Shown: positions 38,831 through 46,719 of the stretch, piece by piece
Position numbering within the stretch: position 1 is the first letter of the stretch
Layout: each line of letters begins with the position of its first letter
DNA from: a virus
Lineage: Duplodnaviria; Caudoviricetes
Reading direction: 5' to 3' (one strand)
Virus record (IMG/VR): IMGVR_UViG_3300048599_000826
Coordinates: 1-61,868 of that record
DNA length: 61,868 nt
Notes under the pieces: generated by a model
What the model saw: the letters and a program-made list of their open reading frames with translations, nothing else
Database searches by the model: none
Told to the model about the DNA's origin: nothing
Translations under genes and position numbers: made by a program

Positions 38831-38983
38831 GGTGGAGCGAGCCGGGAGCGGTCGAACCGGCACCGGGCTTTCAGTGACGCGAACAGGCCAACGAACCTGC
38901 GAGCGAAAACGGAGAGTCAAGCAATGGGCAACGGAGGCTGCTAGTGAGGGCAGCTTGTGTGGGTTCAAGTCCCACGTCCACCA
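38831..38983 (+). ncRNA. enlarged tRNA-like structured RNA (~153 nt)
   Basis: GGTGGA/TCCACC-A acceptor, GTGGG-TTCAAGT-CCCAC T arm, extra internal stems. Confidence 0.55.
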
Positions 38984-39016
38984 GTACGAGGAACTTGAGA
39001 TAAAGGCGACGCGATC

Positions 39017-39223
39017 ATGAGCCAGGCCACTAGTGAAGAAGTCGAAGCTGCCGCCGCGGCGATCGCCAACGCGCGTTGCATGCGCCGCGGCGCTCCACCC
39101 TTCTCCAACGTTCTGGATGTCCTGCGTCTGTTGCCGGGCAAGCTCCTGGATGAGGTCATGGAGGATGCGAAAGCGGCGATCGACGCGGTCGACGAACTCA
39201 GAAAGGGTAAGGCCGGATCATGA
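39017..39223 (+). CDS. hypothetical protein
   Basis: EEVEAAAAAI..EDAKAAIDA phage-type small helical protein. Confidence 0.6.
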   Translation: MSQATSEEVEAAAAAIANARCMRRGAPPFSNVLDVLRLLPGKLLDEVMEDAKAAIDAVDELRKGKAGS

Positions 39224-39786
39224 ACCCGCCACGTCTCAGCGAAATCTCGATCGACATGACCGGTGCAAAGGCGGTTCCGCCAATCGCCGGCGCATCGCCA
39301 GAGCGTACGTACGCGTCGGACGTGCTCGAAGCATTCCATCGGATGAACGGCATCTCGCTCGATGAGGAAGGCATCAAGATCCCTCACATGGTCGTCGCGG
39401 CGTCCGACGGACTACAGATGCACGCGCTCGCGCTCAAACCAGAGGAGATCTATGTGCATGTCGCACGTGTCCTGGTTCGCGAGCGGCCGCGTGAGCTCGT
39501 GTTCGGAATGGATCGCTACACCACGCCCGCGCAGGGCGTTGTCACCAAAGACTGCCTCAGTGTCGCCCATTGGACTGGCAGCGTGTGGCGCTTCGGCGTG
39601 ATCGCCTATCAGTTCCAGCCGCGGATCTGGGCGCCGATCGACTGGGGAAACAAGTTTTGGATCGACGGACTCACACGTGAAATGACATCGGCCTGGCGGG
39701 GCATCACCAACGCTCCGCATCGCCAACCGTCGCCGGCGATGGAATTGCCGCTGCCGGTCTACGGATCGGAGGGCATGCCGCAATGA
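39220..39786 (+). CDS. hypothetical protein
   Basis: Coupled ORF. Confidence 0.65.
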   Translation: MNPPRLSEISIDMTGAKAVPPIAGASPERTYASDVLEAFHRMNGISLDEEGIKIPHMVVAASDGLQMHALALKPEEIYVHVARVLVRERPRELVFGMDRYTTPAQGVVTKDCLSVAHWTGSVWRFGVIAYQFQPRIWAPIDWGNKFWIDGLTREMTSAWRGITNAPHRQPSPAMELPLPVYGSEGMPQ

Positions 39787-40112
39787 GTCTCGCCACCACG
39801 CTCGCCGTCGTTCACGCTTCGGGCCTAGCTGACCAGGACAAGCGGAAGATCTGCCGGCTGCTCGCGCTCCTGGATAAGTCGTCACTGCAGATGACTGACA
39901 GCGAGCTCGTCGCTGCTCGAGAGGCCGCCGGCCTGACGCGTACGCAGGCCGCCAGGCTGTTCGCGGTGAAAGTCGGTATGCCGATCGACTCGACCTGGCT
40001 GCGGATGATCGAACACGACTGGCGACCGGATCCGACCAGCACACTTCACGAGCGCTTCGCCCAGGCGTTCGACGAAATCTACGGCCTCGGCCAGGACGGA
40101 AAGCCATTATGA
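39783..40112 (+). CDS. Xre-like HTH protein
   Basis: LVAAREAAGLTRTQAA..WLRMIE. Confidence 0.7.
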   Translation: MSLATTLAVVHASGLADQDKRKICRLLALLDKSSLQMTDSELVAAREAAGLTRTQAARLFAVKVGMPIDSTWLRMIEHDWRPDPTSTLHERFAQAFDEIYGLGQDGKPL

Positions 40113-40396
40113 GCGCACCACGTCCCATGATCCAAGCCCACCAGGCTTACACCTACGCGAGCGCGTGTGAGCTGCTCGACGTCAGCCGGATGACGCTGTA
40201 CCGGCTGATCAAGGCGGGAGTCCTCAAACGCACAGTGCTCGCGTCGGGCGGCAAGCGTGGGATTCAGCGCATCACGGGTGAGTCGCTTCTGCGGGCAGCG
40301 TCGGGCCATGGTCCGAAGGCGCCACCACCTCGGCCGCCGATGGTGCTGGAGCGACCGAAGCGTCCGCTTGGTGTTCGGCCGAAGGCTTTTGTGTGA
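40109..40396 (+). CDS. xis: excisionase (MerR-like HTH)
   Basis: YTYASACELLDVSRMTLYRLIKAGVL adjacent to int. Confidence 0.75.
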   Translation: MSAPRPMIQAHQAYTYASACELLDVSRMTLYRLIKAGVLKRTVLASGGKRGIQRITGESLLRAASGHGPKAPPPRPPMVLERPKRPLGVRPKAFV

Positions 40397-41744
40397 GGAC
40401 TAGACGCGACCGCAGTTCACGTGTGATGAGGAGTAGATCGTGCATCTCGCTGGGATCCAGATAGAACGCCTGACGAACGCCGCCGGTGCTGTGGCCTTCG
40501 AAGAGACTGCGCGCGTCACTCGACGCCCCCGAGCTGCTCGCGAAAGTCGTCGCCGTGTGGCGCAGGCAGTAGAAGCCCCGCTTCATCAGCGGCTCGATCT
40601 TCTTCTCGCACTCAGGACAGAACATGCCCTTCCGGGCAAAGGGCCGACGCTCAACGATGCCGTGGACTTCGCACGAGCCCAGGCGCATGACCAGCCGTTC
40701 GAACTGCTGAGCCAGGTTGTCCGTCACATTCACACTTTCGATCAGTTGGTTCTCGTCGCGCTTTACGTTGTTCATCAACATCGGCCCGCCCGACTTACTC
40801 CGGAACATCAGGTGCCGGGTTTGCGGAGTCGCCTTTCTGCCGCGCAGTTCGCCGATCGCCGTTACGACTTCCGGCGGGACGATCGCGTAGCGATCCATCT
40901 CCGTCTTTGGTCTGGGGAAATAGATCATGCCCCAGCCGGCCGGGATCTCATCGTTGCGGCCGTGGAAGTGGATCCGCTGCGCCTGCTGATAAACGGTGAG
41001 GGCGTTGGTCGGCACTTCCGAGATATCCGTGTTGCCGTACGCGGCGTAGTAGCCCAGCAGGATGGCCGCCTTCAAAGGCTGTCGCGCATACCGAAGCATC
41101 GCGTGGATCTCGGGCACCGTCCAGGACCGCAGAACACCCTCGGCCCGGTCTTCGCGGTGCCGACGTCGGACTTCGCGCACGCTGCGAATCTCATGCAGCT
41201 CGACCCACTTGAATGGCCGGCCGAGGATGCCACGGCTTGGAGAACCGGCCCAGTTCCACATTGCAGCAACGGACCGCACGGTGCGGTTGTAGGCGTGCAC
41301 ACCAAGCCTGATGCGCAGCGCCTTGAGGTAGACGCGAATGGTGTCGGGATCCGCCTCGAGCTGGGCAATGGTGCGATCGAGGCCGACGACGTTGCCGTAG
41401 TCGGTCAGCGACCCCCGGGCCTCGGCAAAAGTTCGCACGTCGAGTTCCCCGGTTTCGGTCCGCTCATGCTTCTCGGCCAGGTAGGCGTTGATCACTTCGC
41501 GAAGGGTGTTGTCGAAAGGCCGGGCGGCATTGTGCAGACCCTTCGCCCTCGCCTCGAGCAGTTCATGGTAGCGGTCCAGCGCCGCCTGCCACGTGGCTCG
41601 ATACTCCGGATGATTGGCCGGCCGCGTCGGTCCGAACGACTGCTGTCGGCCGTCGATTTTCGCCTTCCAGCTGCCGCAGGCGTGCGCGAAAAGCGGGAAC
41701 GTGGGATACGGTTTGGGAATACCCTTCGGTCTAGAAACGGCCAT
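40272..41744 (-). CDS. int: prophage tyrosine integrase
   Basis: KPYPTFPLFAH N-domain, FPRPKT, FYCLRHT, EGHS...FY. Confidence 0.88.
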   Translation of the reverse strand: MAVSRPKGIPKPYPTFPLFAHACGSWKAKIDGRQQSFGPTRPANHPEYRATWQAALDRYHELLEARAKGLHNAARPFDNTLREVINAYLAEKHERTETGELDVRTFAEARGSLTDYGNVVGLDRTIAQLEADPDTIRVYLKALRIRLGVHAYNRTVRSVAAMWNWAGSPSRGILGRPFKWVELHEIRSVREVRRRHREDRAEGVLRSWTVPEIHAMLRYARQPLKAAILLGYYAAYGNTDISEVPTNALTVYQQAQRIHFHGRNDEIPAGWGMIYFPRPKTEMDRYAIVPPEVVTAIGELRGRKATPQTRHLMFRSKSGGPMLMNNVKRDENQLIESVNVTDNLAQQFERLVMRLGSCEVHGIVERRPFARKGMFCPECEKKIEPLMKRGFYCLRHTATTFASSSGASSDARSLFEGHSTGGVRQAFYLDPSEMHDLLLITRELRSRLVLTQKPSAEHQADASVAPAPSAAEVVAPSDHGPTLPAEATHP

Positions 41745-41757
41745 AGCGAGCTCTCAG

Positions 41758-41780
41758 CGGGTGTTGCTAACGGGTGTTGC
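41758..41780. repeat. tandem CGGGTGTTGC repeats, probable arm sites of prophage integrase
   Basis: Two perfect 10-mers at 41758 and 41771; partial third copy near 41840. Confidence 0.65.
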
Positions 41781-41865
41781 AAGGCTACCTACCTTTATCC
41801 TAACACTCGTAATCACTCGATGAAAGCGAATCGCTTTTGGGGTGTTGTCGGGAGCAAGCGCCACT

Positions 41866-41907
41866 TTTCTAAACCGACGGTCGCTGGTTCGAGTCCAGCC
41901 GGGCACG
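41866..41907 (+). other. att site: 3' half of tRNA-Arg(TCT)
   Basis: TTTCTAA loop, ACCGA, CGGTC, GCTGG-TTCGAGT-CCAGC, CGGGCAC-G; no pairing 5' half upstream. Confidence 0.85.
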
Positions 41908-41976
41908 TTGATTTTCGTGAGAAAATCCACTTCCTTTCGGTAACTGACCCCACTTTTTGAGAGTCTGTGTCCCACA

Positions 41977-41998
41977 CGACACAGGTTCCGACACAGGT
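41977..41998. repeat. tandem CGACACAGGT repeats, probable arm sites of island integrase
   Basis: Two perfect 10-mers at 41977 and 41989. Confidence 0.65.
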
Positions 41999-42004
41999 GG
42001 CGTC

Positions 42005-43075
42005 ATGCGAAGCGATCTTCCGTCCATCCCATATCCCGAGTTTCCGCTGCGTCCCCACAGGAACGGGCAGTGGTGCAAGTCCGTTTGGAATGCTCACTCG
42101 CATCGCAGCGAAATCAAGTATTTCGGTGCATGGCACGACGATCCCAAAGGAGAGCGGGCCCTGCATGATCCGGCCACGGGCTGGCTGACGCGTCGCACGG
42201 CCATCAAGGCCGGTACGGATCACTTGCGGTTGATCGCAAGCGTCGATTCGACCGCCCTCACTTTGGGGGAGTTGATGGGCCGCTTCCTTCAGTTCAACAA
42301 GCGCAAGGTGGATGCCGGCGATCTCTCGCTCCGGACCCTCAACGATTATCTGTGCGAACTCCCGAAGTTCGTGACGTTCTTCGGACCGCAGACGCCCGTA
42401 AGCGGGATGCTGGCGGAGCATTTCTCCGCTTACATGACGCATTTGGTCAGTGTGCGCAAGCTGGGCCGTTACGCGCGGCGCCGAGTTCGGGTGAACATCA
42501 ACGTGATGCTCAACTACGGCACCAAAAACGGCTGGATGCAGAAGCCGCCGACGGGCAGCGATTGGGTGGCTCCGGCAATCGATCCGGAATCGATGCGGGT
42601 CGCCAGAATGCGTTCGGGCAAGCCCGATCTCCAGAAACGCATCTTCACCGGAGATGAGATCGACCAGCTCTTGTCGATCGCGACGCCCGCGTGGAAAGCG
42701 ATGATCCTGATCGCGGTGAACTGCGGACTCGGGCCAGCGGATGTCGGCCGGCTCCGCTGGAAGAATCTGTCAATGACGACCGGCAGACTGGACTATCCCC
42801 GCGGCAAGACCGGCGTTGCCCGCGTCGGCTACCTGTGGAAGAAGACACGTCGCCAATTGGAGTTGGTGCGGAATCTGAAACGCACCCGGGCGGCGGTCGA
42901 GAAAGATGGTGACGAAGCGCTCGTCTTTCTCAGCGAACTCGGCAAGCCTGCGATTGCCGCAGCCGCTGCTGCAGCGCGGCCAGATGTTCGAGCATGGGCA
43001 CTTCCTCCCGCGGCGATCGCCCTGCTGACTGCCGCCGCGCTTCTTTGCTCGCCAGCCCTTCCGGCACATCCCTGA
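42005..43075 (+). pseudogene. tyrosine integrase, C-terminally truncated
   Basis: PYPEFPLRPH N-domain, NCGLGPADV, YPRGKT; no HxxR/Tyr; sequence becomes low-complexity after ~42950. Confidence 0.75.
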
Positions 43076-43355
43076 AATGCGAGAAGGCGATCCGCACCTC
43101 AGGGAGGTGGTTCTCCAGCCAGTCGTGCAAGGCGGGAAGGTCGCGAGACCAGGTCTCGCCGGCTTCCGAGACCGATTGCAGGTAATAGGATTTGTCGGCC
43201 TTGATCAGGACGGTCTCGCCGATGGGAAGGAGCAGCACCTGCATCCGCTCCTGCGGATGCCACCACGCGGTGACGCTGACGCGATAGTCGATGCCGCCGA
43301 TGGCAGTGAAGCCGGCCGCTCGAAGGGCATCAGTGTAGAAGGTGTCGACGGACAT
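42930..43355 (-). CDS. hypothetical protein, probably truncated at the same junction
   Basis: Start overlaps upstream gene; runs into integrase sequence. Confidence 0.5.
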   Translation of the reverse strand: MSVDTFYTDALRAAGFTAIGGIDYRVSVTAWWHPQERMQVLLLPIGETVLIKADKSYYLQSVSEAGETWSRDLPALHDWLENHLPEVRIAFSHFRDVPEGLASKEARRQSAGRSPREEVPMLEHLAALQQRLRQSQACRVR

Positions 43356-43911
43356 GCTGCACCATCCAACTTGAGGAGCGGCCAAGGAGTCCGAGCAACC
43401 ATCTACCGCGAGATGGCCGATTCTCGTGCAAGCCCAATCGCGCCGCCTGAAGTTGCAGAGACAAATGAGCCCGCTGGTCGTTGAGCCGCAGCGCCTCGAT
43501 CTGAGTACCAAGTCGCTGGTGAGCGATGTGCCGTTCGAAAGCAGCTTGTTCCTGATTCCGCTGGTTTTCCTGAATCTGCCGCAACACCAGTGCTTGCCGA
43601 CACACGTCGCAGACGGTCAGGATCTGCGTTCCGCCAAAGCCGCGGCGGCAACGCCCACAGAGTTGGCGCTGGCAGACCTGGCAGCGGCTGACACAATGAT
43701 CACAGCATTCACGAGTTCGGCAGACATCACAGACGCCGCGCGATTGGTCGACGTCCGTGACAAACCGCCCGCAGCCGGAGCAGGCGCGGGCGGTTCGCTC
43801 GTCGCTGAAGTGGATATGGCCGGCATCGTCGTCCGTGACCCGCTCGAAGCGGATCGCAATCGGGACGCCGGCCGCATCGCGGGTCACATACCGCTTGAGG
43901 ATGCGCCGCAT
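43330..43911 (-). CDS. 13-Cys multi-zinc-finger plus coiled-coil protein
   Basis: CSGC, CDVC, CCDHC, CQVC, CGRC, CDVC then Gln-rich helix; AGGAGG RBS. Confidence 0.75.
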   Translation of the reverse strand: MRRILKRYVTRDAAGVPIAIRFERVTDDDAGHIHFSDERTARACSGCGRFVTDVDQSRGVCDVCRTRECCDHCVSRCQVCQRQLCGRCRRGFGGTQILTVCDVCRQALVLRQIQENQRNQEQAAFERHIAHQRLGTQIEALRLNDQRAHLSLQLQAARLGLHENRPSRGRWLLGLLGRSSSWMVQHVRRHLLH

Positions 43912-44771
43912 ATCGCCTCCTGTTCAGATTGACGGATCGCCGCGCAATCCGGGCACCCCTCCTCGTGCAGCATCTCCAGCGCGATCGTGTTGAAGCTGAA
44001 GTTCGCCGAGTGGTTGCCCAGGTACTGGCCGAAGAGGTCCTTGCCGCCCATCGTGTAGGTCGGGTCGATCTTCACTTGCAGGAGATTCCGATGACCGAGT
44101 TGGGCGATCATCCGGCCCATGCGATTCTCCGCGCCGGCAGTGATCAGGCCGACGGCGATCTGGCCGGCAATGGCGTCGACGAGGTGAAGATCGAAGATCG
44201 TCCCGCCGGTGCTCGGCACGGTCGTAACCGGCGCGGCGAGCCCGCGTGCGTGTTGCTCGAACGCCTGATAGCGCGAACTGCACACGCAGCGGAAACAGGC
44301 GGGCGTGACACCAGGGGCGTAGTGAACGATCTCGCCGGCTCGGGCGTCCCGGTAAAGACCGATCCAGAGCGCCGGCTTGCTCAATCGCAGCGCCTCCACG
44401 TTGCCGCGGGCCTGCGCGGGGAAGGAGTCGGTAGCGAAGATCAGCAGATCGCTGCCTCCCAGGTGTTGGTCGATCTCTTCCTGCGAGAGTTCGCAGAAGT
44501 TGCGCAGCAGGTAGGTGACCTGAACATCGGGATTCAGTCGCTTGAGCGAGGCCGCCAGCGCCTCGGCCTTGTAACGGCCCACATCCGCCAAATCGAAATC
44601 CTGCCGGCTGGCGTTGCTGGCTTCGATGCGGTCGAAATCGATGTAGGTGACGGCGCCGAGTCCGCTGTGGACCAGGTCGCGGGTCAGACCATACGCGCCG
44701 CCGACGACGGTGACGTGGGCCTGCTGCATGCGCTCGACGTCGATAGAAGAACAAATTCGATCAAAGTTCAT
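43884..44771 (-). CDS. ThiF/E1-like adenylyltransferase
   Basis: IDFDRIEASNASRQ, VGRYKAEAL, LNPDV, ATDS, CFRC and CPDC Zn sites; AAGGAG RBS. Confidence 0.9.
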   Translation of the reverse strand: MNFDRICSSIDVERMQQAHVTVVGGAYGLTRDLVHSGLGAVTYIDFDRIEASNASRQDFDLADVGRYKAEALAASLKRLNPDVQVTYLLRNFCELSQEEIDQHLGGSDLLIFATDSFPAQARGNVEALRLSKPALWIGLYRDARAGEIVHYAPGVTPACFRCVCSSRYQAFEQHARGLAAPVTTVPSTGGTIFDLHLVDAIAGQIAVGLITAGAENRMGRMIAQLGHRNLLQVKIDPTYTMGGKDLFGQYLGNHSANFSFNTIALEMLHEEGCPDCAAIRQSEQEAICGASSSGM

Positions 44772-44845
44772 GACCAGACTCCTTAAGTTGAGGACTCGAT
44801 TCCTTGTTGGGCGTGCTCACGGGCTCGCCATGGGTGAATGACGGT

Positions 44846-45343
44846 TCACAGAAGACGCAGCACGGTCCTTCGCGGAACCTGAGGCTGCGAACGCAAGACG
44901 ACGATGGGCATCAGGCGGAACTGATGCGGAATGACGATCGGCGCGATGAACATTCCCATGTCCGGGTTGATCTCCAGCAGGCGGCGGATGTAGATCAGGT
45001 CGCCGCCGCTGAGGCGATCCAGCGTGCCGGGGTGCGAATGGACGAACCCTTTGAAGTCGAGGCTGTACGGCATCCACTCCTCTTTGAGCTTTCGACGAAG
45101 GGTCACATGGTCCGGCGAGTACGTCGCGCCGCTGCAACTGGCGGTCACGTCGAAGTAAAAACCGGTCACCTCGTCGCTGCCGATGGGACCGAGCAAAATG
45201 CCGCCGGTCTCGGCCGGCAAAGCGCAGACGCTGCTGAGGATCTGGCAAAGCACGTGCTTCGTCATGACGATCGGTGGCACGATGGACGTGTCCACGGACG
45301 CCGACTTGGGCGTGAGGGAAGTTGTCTTTGTCGAGCGCCGCAT
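44846..45343 (-). CDS. JAB/MPN (JAMM) isopeptidase
   Basis: ETGGILLG, FVHSHP, LSGGD. Confidence 0.9.
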   Translation of the reverse strand: MRRSTKTTSLTPKSASVDTSIVPPIVMTKHVLCQILSSVCALPAETGGILLGPIGSDEVTGFYFDVTASCSGATYSPDHVTLRRKLKEEWMPYSLDFKGFVHSHPGTLDRLSGGDLIYIRRLLEINPDMGMFIAPIVIPHQFRLMPIVVLRSQPQVPRRTVLRLL

Positions 45344-45371
45344 CGATCACCTGCTTGTGGTTGTTGAATGA

Positions 45372-45539
45372 TTACGATTGGGCCACGCCGGTTCGGCGAT
45401 ACTCCAGGAAACACTCCGCCCATTGCGCGGCCAACTGCTTGGCGCGTGACATGTCGCGCGGCTGGCGCCCCTCTACAAAACAGATCTTGCCCGAATCAAA
45501 CAGATGCGTGAGATGCGGGTTCTGTGTCAAATCTGACAT
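45372..45539 (-). CDS. 55-aa E2/UBC-like protein or C-terminal fragment (absent from ORF track)
   Basis: MSDLTQNPHLTHLFDSGKICFVEGRQPRDMSRAKQLAAQWAECFLEYRRTGVAQS; H-x-F-x-SGKIC resembles the UBC HPN..GxIC active site. Confidence 0.6.
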   Translation of the reverse strand: MSDLTQNPHLTHLFDSGKICFVEGRQPRDMSRAKQLAAQWAECFLEYRRTGVAQS

Positions 45540-46129
45540 TAGCTCGGAATGGTTAGGCCAGGCCGCTGAATGAGGTCACGCGGCAATTGGATGCCATTTG
45601 CCTCCGCGACAGCGAACATCATCGATCTTGGTGACTGCCGCCATATCCAGTATGCCTGCTCAACCGGTGTACCTGGGAACTGAGCCGACTCAGGCAGCTC
45701 TTGAAACCGCTTGAACACCGCAAGCACTTCGTCACTTAGGAAGTAATACTCCAATCGCGTCTGATTTCTCTCAATGGCGTCTTCTGCGAGTGCCAGAAAG
45801 AGTCCCATCGCGAAGTCAATTCCCTCGCCGCCCTGCGTGTCCATGGGCAACGCCAAATCCGGACGGCCATTGAATGCCTCGTGGGGCTCGGCGTGGCAGC
45901 GGCTACACAAGGTGATGCCATTCCCAGGCGAGAACTGCGCGAAGGATAGAAACGACTTGCGTATGATGTGGTGGGCAGAAAGGCCCTTGGTGCCGTGGCA
46001 AAGTACGCACTGATGACCATCCCGTGCCCGAATGAACTGACTCCATCGACGGAGGCAATAGGTTTTGCTTCGGCCAGACTCAACTGCAGTCATCAGTTTC
46101 TGCAGTGCTTGATCAACGTCCGTTTTCAC
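45539..46129 (-). CDS. HNH endonuclease
   Basis: IRARDGHQCVLC, AHHI, NGITLCSRCH. Confidence 0.85.
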   Translation of the reverse strand: MKTDVDQALQKLMTAVESGRSKTYCLRRWSQFIRARDGHQCVLCHGTKGLSAHHIIRKSFLSFAQFSPGNGITLCSRCHAEPHEAFNGRPDLALPMDTQGGEGIDFAMGLFLALAEDAIERNQTRLEYYFLSDEVLAVFKRFQELPESAQFPGTPVEQAYWIWRQSPRSMMFAVAEANGIQLPRDLIQRPGLTIPS

Positions 46130-46299
46130 AAAATCAGCTTATCATGATGTCGCGGAGATCGCTCGAATCCGCTTCCATCCTTGATGGCTCATCGCCCCGT
46201 CCGCTCCCGGAGTTGCGAGTACGTCGCCGTGCAAGATGGTTTCGTGCTGAGATACAAAACACATCCCTATTGCGTGAGTCAAAGCGATATAATCATGCC

Positions 46300-46719
46300 G
46301 TGGACAAAATAACGTCTCAGCAGCGTAGCGAGAACATGAGGAAAATCCGTTCCTCCAACACAAAGCCGGAGTTGCATGTGCGGAGTATACTGTGGAAGGC
46401 GAATTACCGTTTCCGCCTTCATGCGACCAACCTCCCCGGCCGGCCGGATGTCGTCTTTCGGGGTAGGAAGAAAGTGATTCTTATCCACGGATGCTTTTGG
46501 CATCAACATCCCAGATGCAAGGAAGCTAGCACACCGAAATCAAACCAGTTCTACTGGGAGCAAAAGTTACGCTTGAACGTTCATCGTGATCGGAAAACAC
46601 TAACGGCATTTGAGGAACTGGGATGGAGGGTTTTGGTGATATGGGAGTGCGAGGTGTTCGATGCAAAGCTCGAACGAAGGCTGCGCGCGTTCTTAGGCCC
46701 GCCATCATCAGCCGATTAA
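46300..46719 (+). CDS. vsr: very short patch repair endonuclease
   Basis: RSENMRKIRSSNTKPE, LPGRPD, HGCFWH, GWRVLVIWEC. Confidence 0.93.
   Translation: MDKITSQQRSENMRKIRSSNTKPELHVRSILWKANYRFRLHATNLPGRPDVVFRGRKKVILIHGCFWHQHPRCKEASTPKSNQFYWEQKLRLNVHRDRKTLTAFEELGWRVLVIWECEVFDAKLERRLRAFLGPPSSAD

Larger units (their letters stand above)
1..41907. mobile_element. HK97-like siphovirus prophage (left end/attL outside window)
   Basis: Ordered terminase-portal-protease-capsid-tail genes, replication module, xis/int, ending at a tRNA-Arg 3'-half att site. Confidence 0.95.

Noticed and set aside
38735-38983. tmRNA
   Set aside because: The 3' end resembles tmRNA (TCCACCA), but there is no GGGGC 5' end with G3-U70 and no tag ORF, and it is too short.
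41830-41907. Complete tRNA-Arg gene
   Set aside because: The upstream sequence cannot form the acceptor, D or anticodon stems; only the 3' half is present, so it is treated as att.
44817-45350. 177-aa alternative-frame ORF over the JAB gene
   Set aside because: The JAMM motifs are in the 44846-45343 frame.
43330-45539. Type II CBASS or thiamine/molybdopterin sulfur-transfer operon
   Set aside because: No CD-NTase, effector, ThiS/MoaD (C-terminal GG) or biosynthetic genes in the window.
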